Below the pieces are notes generated by a model, which was not told the DNA's origin, did not search any database, and was given only the letters and a program-made list of their open reading frames with translations. A stretch of 64,000 bases of DNA from an uncultured bacterium (GTDB lineage: Bacteria > Patescibacteriota > Minisyncoccia > UBA6257 > 2-01-FULL-56-20), in NCBI GenBank assembly GCA_963719425.1, contig OY970382.1, positions 244,862 to 308,861 on the forward strand. Direction: 5' to 3'. Positions 38,632 to 46,503 of this stretch are shown in pieces (position 1 is the first letter of the stretch; each line of letters starts with the position of its first letter). The translations under genes were made by a program, and so were the position numbers.

Positions 38632-40425
38632 ATGGGGCCTGAAACGAAAACCTGTCAAAATTGCAAGCAGCCGTTCGTCATTGATCTGGAGGATTTTCGG
38701 TTTTACGAGAAAATTAATGTCCCGCCGCCCACGTGGTGCCCAGATTGCCGGCTGCAACGGCGGCTTTCGTTTCTGAACCACCGCACGCTTTATAAGCGGA
38801 ATTGCAGCTCTTGCGGGAAAAGCATGGTGTCGCTGTATGACACCGGCGCGCCTTTTCCCGTGTATTGCCCGGACTGCTGGTGGTCGGACAAATGGGATTC
38901 AAAAAGCTACGGGCGGCCGTATGATTTTTTGCTGCCGTTCTTTGAGCAATTCAAGCGGCTAAGCATGGGAGTTCCGCGCATGTCACTTGAGGGGCTCCAT
39001 GAGACGTGGATCAATAGCGAATACAACAACCTTGCCCACGAACTCAAAAATTGCTATCTGCTTTTCAATTCGGACGTGGACGAGAATTGCCTGTATGGTT
39101 CGGAGGTGGAGAGCTCAAATAATTGCGTGGATACGACCATGATAGAGTCATCGGAACTTTGCTATGGAAGCATCAATCTCGTGAACTGCCACCGCGTGTT
39201 TTTCTCCGCCGATTGTGTGGACTGCCACAATGTGTGGTTCGGAAGAGACCTCGCGAATTGCAACGACTGCTTCGGCTGCACGAATTTGCGCAACCGAAAG
39301 TATCATATTTTCAACAAATCATATTCCAAGGAAGATTATGCAAAGGAGATAGCGACATTCGGTTTAAGTTCGCGGGCCGGCATCGCAGAATGCATGAAGC
39401 GGACGCAGGCGCTTTCTCTAAGTTTCCCCCGCAAGTTCATGCACGGGAGGCACAACGTGAATGTGTCGGGCGACTATGTGAATTACTCAAAAAATACCCA
39501 CGATGCCTACATTGCCCTCGGCGCCGAGGACTGCCGCTATGCGATGTGGCTCATTATAAAGCCGAACAGGGACTGCTACGATTTTACCCAATTCGGCGGC
39601 AATGCCGAGCGCGTGTACGAGTCACTCGTGTGCGGGAAGGGCGTGAGCGATACCAAATTCAGCATAAATTGCGTTGATGAGATTTCTTCTGTGACATACT
39701 CCGACCATTCCTTTTGTTCAAATGCCTTCGGCTGCGTGTCACTGAAGAAAGGGAACAAGTACTGCATTTTGAACAAGCAGTATGCCGAGGATGAATATCG
39801 AGCGCTCGTGCCGAAGATCGTCGCCCATATGAACGAGATGCCGTATGTTGACCGACAAGGAAGAGAATATCGCTACGGGGAATTTTTCCCGCCGGAGTTG
39901 TCTCTCTTCGCCTACAACGAAACGGAGGCGCAGGGATATTTCCCGCTTACGAAAGCAGAGGCGCTGCGGCAGGGCTTCTTGTGGAAAGAGCCGGATACGA
40001 AAAGCTATAAAATTACGTTAAGCGGTGCGCAGATTCCTGACTCGCTTCGGGATACGCCGGATGCCATCGTGGACGTGGACGAGGTGCTTGAATGCGCCCA
40101 CAAAGGACAATGTAACGAGCAGTGCGCCACGGCATTCCGCATCATCCCCGACGAACTTACGTTCTACAAGAAATTTTCGCTGCCGATTCCCAATCTGTGC
40201 TCCAATTGCCGCTCCGCAGCGCGGCTTGCGCTACGAAACGGACACAAACTTTGGCACAGGAAATGCGAGTGCGCCAGACAAAAGTCCGATAACGGCGCGT
40301 ATCAAAATGCGGCGGCACATTTCCACGCCCAAGGCCACTGTCCCAACGAATTTGAAACTTCCTACGCTCCCGACCGACCCGAGATCGTCTACTGCGAGCA
40401 GTGCTATAACGCGGAGGTGGTATAG
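38632..40425 (+). CDS. Cys-rich multi-zinc-ribbon protein, array member 5
   Basis: CQNCKQPFVIDLEDFRFYEKINVPPPTWCPDCRLQRRL, CSSCGKSMVSLYDTGAPFPVYCPDCWW ... RPEIVYCEQCYNAEVV. Confidence 0.75.
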   Translation: MGPETKTCQNCKQPFVIDLEDFRFYEKINVPPPTWCPDCRLQRRLSFLNHRTLYKRNCSSCGKSMVSLYDTGAPFPVYCPDCWWSDKWDSKSYGRPYDFLLPFFEQFKRLSMGVPRMSLEGLHETWINSEYNNLAHELKNCYLLFNSDVDENCLYGSEVESSNNCVDTTMIESSELCYGSINLVNCHRVFFSADCVDCHNVWFGRDLANCNDCFGCTNLRNRKYHIFNKSYSKEDYAKEIATFGLSSRAGIAECMKRTQALSLSFPRKFMHGRHNVNVSGDYVNYSKNTHDAYIALGAEDCRYAMWLIIKPNRDCYDFTQFGGNAERVYESLVCGKGVSDTKFSINCVDEISSVTYSDHSFCSNAFGCVSLKKGNKYCILNKQYAEDEYRALVPKIVAHMNEMPYVDRQGREYRYGEFFPPELSLFAYNETEAQGYFPLTKAEALRQGFLWKEPDTKSYKITLSGAQIPDSLRDTPDAIVDVDEVLECAHKGQCNEQCATAFRIIPDELTFYKKFSLPIPNLCSNCRSAARLALRNGHKLWHRKCECARQKSDNGAYQNAAAHFHAQGHCPNEFETSYAPDRPEIVYCEQCYNAEVV

Positions 40426-40448
40426 CGCTGGCAAAATCGCCGAAACCG

Positions 40449-40457
40449 TGGTATAAT
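40449..40457 (+). promoter_or_regulatory. extended -10 promoter TGgTATAAT, 11 nt upstream of the ATPase-2 ATG
   Basis: gtggtataatgggagcagaat ATG, read directly. Confidence 0.4.
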
Positions 40458-40468
40458 GGGAGCAGAAT

Positions 40469-42430
40469 ATGGAGGAAGCCCCTGACAAAAACGTAATTTA
40501 TTTCGCACGAACCGATTTTCGCAATCAAGATCGGCTTTTTGGTATCAAGCGGACCGACCGGCGCCAGCACATGTACGTCATAGGAAAAACGGGCACTGGT
40601 AAAAGCGCGCTCCTCAACAATATGGCTGTGCAGGACATCGCGAACGGCGAGGGGCTTTGCGTCGTTGATCCGCACGGCGAGCTTGTGGAGGGACTCATGA
40701 GAAGGATCCCGGAGGAGCGAATGAAAGACGTTATCTATTTCAATCCGGCCGATACGGATTTTCACATCGGCTTCAACGTGCTGGAGCTGCCTGACCCGAG
40801 GTACAAGCACCTTGTGGCGTCGGGACTCATGGGAATTTTCACGAAGATCTGGGCAGGTGTCTGGTCGCCGCGCATGGAATACATTTTGAATAATTGCGTG
40901 CTCGCGCTCTTGGATACTCCAGGTTCCACGCTCCTTGGTATCCCTCGGCTTCTGACCGACAAAGATTACCGGCAGAAGATCATCGCGAACATAAAGGACC
41001 CCGTCGTGAAGGCCTTCTGGATCCATGAATTTGAAGGATGGCAGGACCGGTTCAGGAACGAAGCCATCGCGCCGATACAAAACAAGGTAGGCCAATTTCT
41101 TTCCACCTCTCTCGTCCGCAACATCGTCGGTCAGTCAAAGAGCACCGTGGACATTTTTGACGTGATGAACGAGGGGAAGATTTTCCTCGTGAACGTTTCC
41201 AAGGGCCGCATCGGAGAGGATAACTCCGCGCTTTTGGGTGCCATGCTCATCACGAAGATTCAGCTTGCTGCCATGGAACGCGTCCGCATTCCCGAAGAGG
41301 AACGCGTGGACTTTTACCTTTATGTGGACGAGTTTCAGAACTTCGCTACGGATTCCTTCGCGGGAATTCTTTCCGAAGCGCGAAAGTACCGTTTGGACCT
41401 TATCCTTGCGCACCAGTATGTCGGGCAGCTCGTTACTGATACTTCCACGAGGGTGCGCGACGCGATCTTCGGCAACGTGGGGACGATGATCATATTCCGC
41501 GTGGGTGCCACCGATGCAGAATTTCTGGAGAACGAGTTTACACCAGAGTTCACGATAGAAGACATCGTGAACCTCCCGAACTACTCCATCTATCTGAAGC
41601 TCATGGTGAGCGGGGTGACCTGCCGCCCGTTTTCTGCGATCACGCTCCCACCGCTTCAGGTGAAAACCTCCGCGGTGGTGGAATCCGAGATCATCAAAAT
41701 GGCGCAGAAGCGCTATTCCCGGCCGCGCGAGGTTGTGGAAGAGGAAATTAACCGTTGGAGCGGGGTAATGGGACCGCCTGCGTCTGCGGAAGGAGAAAAG
41801 AAAGAGGGAGGCGCAACAAGATACGAAGCGATATGCTCTTCGTGTGGCAAGATGACGACGTTGCCGTTTGAACCGACCCCCGGCCGGCCGGTGTATTGCC
41901 GCGAGTGTCTGAAAAAAATTGAGGCCGGCGAACTTCAGCCGGTGCGGATGCCGCGCGTGCCGGTCGCACGCGCAAGGCCGCAAAAGAAATACGCGGAAGA
42001 TTTGAGTTATCTCGGCATTGAATTCCCGGAACAGGGAGCGCCAAGCGAATCGCAGCCAGCGGTGAGAAGGGCGCCCGCGCCAGTGCGTCCCATGGGCGAA
42101 GGGGCGGGGACATGGACGCCGGTTTCCGGACCAAAAGCAGCTACCGTGCCAGCCGCCGCACCGGCTGCCGCGCCATCCGAGCCGGTTGGGCCGACACTTT
42201 CGCTGTCCGAATTGAAGTCGGCCGACCGGAAACCGAAGTTGAAGAAAACACAACAGCGCGAGGAGATTAATATTTCCGAGCTTCGGGAGGCGATCAAGGC
42301 GTCTTTGAACGCAGATGCCGGTGCGAGCTCCACGCAAACCGCCGGGACAGAGAAGGATGGTACTGCCCCCGCTCCCGTCCACGCTGGCGAGGAGGAGGAA
42401 AACGGCGAAGAGGAGCACTTGACGCGCTAA
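40469..42430 (+). CDS. VirD4/TraD-like P-loop ATPase copy 2, with C-terminal zinc ribbon and a long Ala/Pro/Glu-rich tail
   Basis: Walker A VIGKTGTGKSALL, Walker B LYVDEFQNF, sensor LILAHQYVGQL. C-terminal CSSCGKMTTLPFEPTPGRPVYCRECL (C-x2-C-x17-C-x2-C), then an approximately 180-aa low-complexity tail. Confidence 0.75.
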   Translation: MEEAPDKNVIYFARTDFRNQDRLFGIKRTDRRQHMYVIGKTGTGKSALLNNMAVQDIANGEGLCVVDPHGELVEGLMRRIPEERMKDVIYFNPADTDFHIGFNVLELPDPRYKHLVASGLMGIFTKIWAGVWSPRMEYILNNCVLALLDTPGSTLLGIPRLLTDKDYRQKIIANIKDPVVKAFWIHEFEGWQDRFRNEAIAPIQNKVGQFLSTSLVRNIVGQSKSTVDIFDVMNEGKIFLVNVSKGRIGEDNSALLGAMLITKIQLAAMERVRIPEEERVDFYLYVDEFQNFATDSFAGILSEARKYRLDLILAHQYVGQLVTDTSTRVRDAIFGNVGTMIIFRVGATDAEFLENEFTPEFTIEDIVNLPNYSIYLKLMVSGVTCRPFSAITLPPLQVKTSAVVESEIIKMAQKRYSRPREVVEEEINRWSGVMGPPASAEGEKKEGGATRYEAICSSCGKMTTLPFEPTPGRPVYCRECLKKIEAGELQPVRMPRVPVARARPQKKYAEDLSYLGIEFPEQGAPSESQPAVRRAPAPVRPMGEGAGTWTPVSGPKAATVPAAAPAAAPSEPVGPTLSLSELKSADRKPKLKKTQQREEINISELREAIKASLNADAGASSTQTAGTEKDGTAPAPVHAGEEEENGEEEHLTR

Positions 42431-42555
42431 AGAGATGCGATTAGGATAAAAGAAATGAAACCTTTCACCCCCAAGTTTTACTTCTGGTTTAGCACGCAAC
42501 CTCTCTCGAAGAAGGGGCACTTTGTTTAACCGTTCACACGCGATTTCCCAACAAA

Positions 42556-42586
42556 CAACCTCTTCTTCGGAAGAGGTTGTTTCGTT
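42556..42586 (+). terminator. intrinsic terminator (CAACCTCTTC-ttcg-GAAGAGGTTG + TTTCGTT)
   Basis: Perfect 10-bp stem with a UUCG loop, about 125 bp downstream of ATPase-2. Confidence 0.4.
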
Positions 42587-42637
42587 CCAACAGCACTTTT
42601 CCGAGAAGTTCTTCAAATCCAAATACGAGAGGAAGAT

Positions 42638-42946
42638 ATGATACGAAAGATATGGTTGTGGGGGAAGAAAGAGTTCGCTAAGATAAGATACAAAATTTGT
42701 CTCCTGATAGCACGGGCAGAGGCAAAATGGTGGCTAGCTGGAATCCCAAAGGACCAGCGGAAGTCGGCCGGCGATTACTTGCACGCATTTCGGTGCGAAA
42801 GCCGCGAGCACAGAATTGAGGCGATGAGGGACAATAGGCTTGCTTTGCCAACCTCAGTCGCCCATCCCAAAATGACCTCACCGCGCCGTTTCCAATTATT
42901 TTGGGGAGCAGCGATGGGGATGACGAGGCAAAAAGGAAAGAAGTAG
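42638..42946 (+). CDS. hypothetical small basic protein (102 aa)
   Basis: An ORF that is directly followed by a hairpin+T-run terminator, which supports its expression. No recognisable domain. An overlapping antisense ORF 42678..43169 is the alternative. Confidence 0.35.
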   Translation: MIRKIWLWGKKEFAKIRYKICLLIARAEAKWWLAGIPKDQRKSAGDYLHAFRCESREHRIEAMRDNRLALPTSVAHPKMTSPRRFQLFWGAAMGMTRQKGKK

Positions 42947-42985
42947 GAAGCTGTTCCTCCGCATTTATTAAGGGTATTGCCCCCC

Positions 42986-43034
42986 CCTGGCGCATGCATG
43001 CACGATCGCACGACGCGCCAGGGGTTGCTTTTTT
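42986..43034 (+). terminator. intrinsic terminator (CCCTGGCGC ... GCGCCAGGG + GTTGCTTTTTT)
   Basis: 9-bp GC stem with a 20-nt loop, followed by a T6 run. Confidence 0.45.
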
Positions 43035-43083
43035 ATAAGGGTGTATAATGGAGGTAAAAAGGTCGGGAATAAAAACCACGCAT

Positions 43084-43374
43084 ATGGCGAAACAGGTTAT
43101 TAAGAAAGGCGGAAAGCGCGAGCCGTTTCGGGCCGAGAAGTTGAAAAAGTCCGTCCGCATGGCGTGCAAGGATGCTCATGTGGGTGCAGTGCGGGCGAGG
43201 AAAGTGGTGACGAAGGTCGCGGGCCCCGTGCTGCGCTTTGCGGCAAAGAGGAAAACCGTCAAGGTCGCAACATTGCGGAAGAAAGTGATCGCGGGATTGC
43301 GAAAGATTGAACCGACTGTGGCGAAGGCATGGCTTCGGTACGAGCGTAGGCGGCGGGTCCACAGACGCCGGTGA
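43084..43374 (+). CDS. stand-alone ATP-cone domain protein with a basic C-terminal tail
   Basis: MAKQVIKKGGKREPFRAEKLKKSVRMACKDA matches the ATP-cone consensus (V.KR.G..E.F...KI..S...A). TATAAT at 43044-43049. The ORF-track start at 43048 overlaps the -10 element. Confidence 0.5.
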   Translation: MAKQVIKKGGKREPFRAEKLKKSVRMACKDAHVGAVRARKVVTKVAGPVLRFAAKRKTVKVATLRKKVIAGLRKIEPTVAKAWLRYERRRRVHRRR

Positions 43375-43440
43375 TGGCCGGGGCGCGAGACGCGCAACAA
43401 AAAACGGCGCCCATGCGCCGTTTTTTGTTGAGAACTTTTT

Positions 43441-44589
43441 TTATCGCCCGAATCTGTTCTTAAAAAGGTTTTGCAGATTCTGCATCTGTTGGAAGAGCTG
43501 GTTCAGGCGATTAGTGAAGTCGTTTGTGTTGGGACCGTTGGGACCACTTGTGCTGTTTCCATTTCCATTCTCATTTCCGTAGTGATTCCCATTATTTTCG
43601 TTGCCGCCGAACGAACCGTTCATGTTCCCGTGCGGCGGCATGTTCGTACGCCGAACGGTGATACTGTAATCGCGAATGACGGTTGCGTTCACAACGAGCG
43701 GGGAGCCGGCAGAGACCAATCCCGAAACGCCAAGCTGATCTCCTGTTTGGAGCTGACTCACGTCAAATGCCCCACCGCTTCCGCCTCCGCGGAGATAGAA
43801 TTCAGGCCTCGCACCTCCGTTGGTGGACGATGCGACATTCACCGTATAGGTGATGCCCCAGATCGTTGCCGTGAATAAATTCCCGCTTACGCTCTGCACA
43901 ATGAGATCGCGCGCAAGGAAGTTGCCGTTCGGGCCGATTTGGAGCTCCGGTGGAAGATTGACCGAGGTATGCGTCGGAGGAGTGGTAGATGCACTCGTGC
44001 CGAAATACGTGACTGTCCCATAACACGAACCGTTGGCTATGGTTGAGGAAGCATCCGTTGCACGGACGCTCGCGCTATATGTGCCATTTGCTCCGTACGT
44101 TGCCGTGATCGAGGTGCTCGTGCTGCCCGCGACGCTCGCATCGCCCGACCAGAGGTAGGTATAAGGAGCGACACCGCCGCTCGAGGATGCTGTCCAGACA
44201 ATCGTATTATTGAATACGCTGGCTGTGCAGGACGCCTGGAGGGGAGGAGGGGTAACAATAGAGGTGATAACCCCGTAACACGAACCAGTGGCCACACTTG
44301 AAGATGCATCCGTTACTTTAACGCTTGCGCTGTAGGTGCCGTTTGCGCCATAGGTTCCCGTGATCGAGGTGCTCGTGCTGCCCGCGACGCTCGCATCGCC
44401 CGACCAGAGGTAGGTATAAGGAGCAACGCCGCCGCTCGTGGGAGCCGTCCAGGTAATCGTGTTGTTAGACACCGAAGCTACGCAATTTGTTTGGAGCGTA
44501 GCGGTTTGGGCACTGGCGAAGGATACGCCGATAATGATCGCTGCAAATGCAGTAGTAACTATTGCACCGATAATAATCTTACGTTTCAT
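43441..44589 (-). CDS. secreted protein with two near-identical Ig-like modules and an Asn/Gly-rich C-terminal tail
   Basis: Signal peptide MKRKIIIGAIVTTAFAAIIIGVSFASA. Duplicated SGGVAPYTYLWSGDASVAGSTSTSIT.TYGANGTYSASV..TDASS module. Confidence 0.7.
   Translation of the reverse strand: MKRKIIIGAIVTTAFAAIIIGVSFASAQTATLQTNCVASVSNNTITWTAPTSGGVAPYTYLWSGDASVAGSTSTSITGTYGANGTYSASVKVTDASSSVATGSCYGVITSIVTPPPLQASCTASVFNNTIVWTASSSGGVAPYTYLWSGDASVAGSTSTSITATYGANGTYSASVRATDASSTIANGSCYGTVTYFGTSASTTPPTHTSVNLPPELQIGPNGNFLARDLIVQSVSGNLFTATIWGITYTVNVASSTNGGARPEFYLRGGGSGGAFDVSQLQTGDQLGVSGLVSAGSPLVVNATVIRDYSITVRRTNMPPHGNMNGSFGGNENNGNHYGNENGNGNSTSGPNGPNTNDFTNRLNQLFQQMQNLQNLFKNRFGR
44040..44480 (-). repeat. approximately 240-bp tandem direct repeat (2 copies, near-identical) inside the secreted-protein gene
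   Basis: gtgatcgaggtgctcgtgctgcccgcgacgctcgcatcgcccgaccagaggtaggtataaggagc occurs at about 44107 and again at about 44347. Confidence 0.6.
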
Positions 44590-44664
44590 GGTAGTGATTT
44601 ACTTGATCGACCTTTCGCTTGGATTATACGAAGATTGCTGCCGATTAGTTACACGAACGGTGTT

Positions 44665-46494
44665 TTAGTGAATCCACCCTGGCTCATCCGTCTCGTCGAG
44701 CGGGCTTGCCCCTTCGCCTTCGCGGAATCCTCCGGCCTGGATGCTCCAGAGTTTCTTATAGAGGCCACCTTGTGCAAGGAGTTTCCGATGGCTTCCTTGT
44801 GCCACGATTTTTCCCCGTTCAATGACGATGATGCGGTCCATTTTCATGATGGTGGAAAGGCGATGGGCGATCACGAGGACGGTTTTCCCCTTCATAAGGG
44901 TTTGAAGGGCGTCCTGAATGAGCGCTTCGGATTCGGAATCCAGGCTGGAAGTGGCTTCGTCCAACATGAGAATCGGCGCGTTTTTCAAGATCGCACGCGC
45001 GATTGCTACACGTTGGCGTTCGCCGCCCGAAAGTTTTACACCACGCTCTCCCACAAAGGTTTGGTATCCTTCCGGCAGCGCCGAAATGAATTCATGGCAG
45101 TGCGCTTTCTTGGCGGCTGCTATTACTTCTTTATCGCTTGCTTCGCGGCGGCCGTAGCGAATGTTTTCCATAAGCGTTCTATGAAAGAGAATAGGTTCCT
45201 GCGGCACGAAGGCGATGGCGTTCCGCAAGCTGTCTTGCGTAACTGCGGTAATGTTCTGCCCGTCTATTTCAATTCCGCCCTTTTGCATGTCATAGAGACG
45301 CAAGAGGAGTTTTGTGATGGTTGTTTTGCCGGCTCCCGACGGCCCCACAAACGCAAGCTTTTCGCCGCTCTTCACAAGCAGATCGAAATCCTGCAGTACG
45401 GGCCTGCCTTTGTAAAAATAGAAATCAACGTGCTTGAACGCGAGCTCCGCATGAGTCACCTTAAGCTGCGCGGCATTCGGGCGATCCTGGATCTCGTGGG
45501 GAGTTTTCAAGATTTCCACCATTTCCACCGCATCCGCGTAGGCGTCGTAGAAGCGACGGATATCCCGATTCATTCCTGCCAGCTGGTCAAAAAGGCCAAG
45601 GAGATAGCTTTGGATCAATACGAAATCGCCAATGGTGATGAGCTGCCGTTCCCAAAAGATCACCGCGCCATAGAGAAGGCCAATGTTGATGCCAAGCATG
45701 AGGATGCCCTGTACGGACCAGATGAGCTCGTCGGCGTTCCAGGAGCGCATCACCGTCTTGCGCCAAAATTCCACGACGCCCCCGAAAAGATTGAGTTCAA
45801 ACGCACTGCCGGAGAAAAGCGTGATTGTGTTCTGGTTTGAAATAGCGTCCGCAAGCGCCCCTACCATCCTGCTGTCCGCTTCGGAGCGCGCGACGCGGAG
45901 CGGTTGCCGCAGGCGTGCCACGAAGACCTGGAAAGCAACGAAACAAATGACCCAGATGCCGAGCGCGATGCCGAGCGTGTGATTGCGGAGAAAAAGAACC
46001 GCTACGACGCCGATCACGAAGATAATAGCAGGAAAGAACGTGACCATGACGCCGTCCATCATCGTCTCAAAGGAGGCGGCGAACTTACTCACCCTGCGCG
46101 TGAGGGTTCCGCTGAAACGGGAAATGAAAAAATGGTATGAGTGTTTGATGAGATAATCAAATGCGGTTGAGTAAAGCGACGCCATTACCCCGGAGTCCAG
46201 ATAGTTGAGGCCGTAAATCTGCGCGCGGCGCATGAGCCAGCCGCCGAGAGAAATAGCGGCGATGATGCCGACGAGAATAAGAAGATGCGGCGCCGTGTCT
46301 GGCGCGCCGTTGTAAGCGACGAGGATATTGAAAAGTTGGCGTAAGTAGAGAGGCGAGATAAGGCTCGCCGCTTGGATGCCGATGGAGCCCGCGAGCACCA
46401 GCACAAAAAGCCGCCAATGCTTGCGCACTTCGCGGATGTATGCGCCAAATACATCATTTGCCCGTACGACGGGTTTTTCGGGAACGTCCGCCAT
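44665..46494 (-). CDS. ABC exporter, fused TMD-NBD (MsbA-like type I exporter)
   Basis: Six TM helices then Walker A GPSGAGKTT, signature [16 protein letters not shown], Walker B LMLDEATSSLD. Confidence 0.9.
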   Translation of the reverse strand: MADVPEKPVVRANDVFGAYIREVRKHWRLFVLVLAGSIGIQAASLISPLYLRQLFNILVAYNGAPDTAPHLLILVGIIAAISLGGWLMRRAQIYGLNYLDSGVMASLYSTAFDYLIKHSYHFFISRFSGTLTRRVSKFAASFETMMDGVMVTFFPAIIFVIGVVAVLFLRNHTLGIALGIWVICFVAFQVFVARLRQPLRVARSEADSRMVGALADAISNQNTITLFSGSAFELNLFGGVVEFWRKTVMRSWNADELIWSVQGILMLGINIGLLYGAVIFWERQLITIGDFVLIQSYLLGLFDQLAGMNRDIRRFYDAYADAVEMVEILKTPHEIQDRPNAAQLKVTHAELAFKHVDFYFYKGRPVLQDFDLLVKSGEKLAFVGPSGAGKTTITKLLLRLYDMQKGGIEIDGQNITAVTQDSLRNAIAFVPQEPILFHRTLMENIRYGRREASDKEVIAAAKKAHCHEFISALPEGYQTFVGERGVKLSGGERQRVAIARAILKNAPILMLDEATSSLDSESEALIQDALQTLMKGKTVLVIAHRLSTIMKMDRIIVIERGKIVAQGSHRKLLAQGGLYKKLWSIQAGGFREGEGASPLDETDEPGWIH

Positions 46495-46503
46495 AAGAAA
46501 ATA

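Noticed and set aside
41135-42622. 495-aa minus-strand ORF
   Set aside because: Antisense shadow of ATPase-2, which has clear Walker A/B motifs on the plus strand.
44491-45840. 449-aa plus-strand ORF; also the 490-aa ORF at 49355..50827 and the 273-aa ORF at 53137..53958
   Set aside because: They are antisense to the ABC exporter, pyrD/pyrF and carB respectively. Each opposite-strand gene has unambiguous family motifs.
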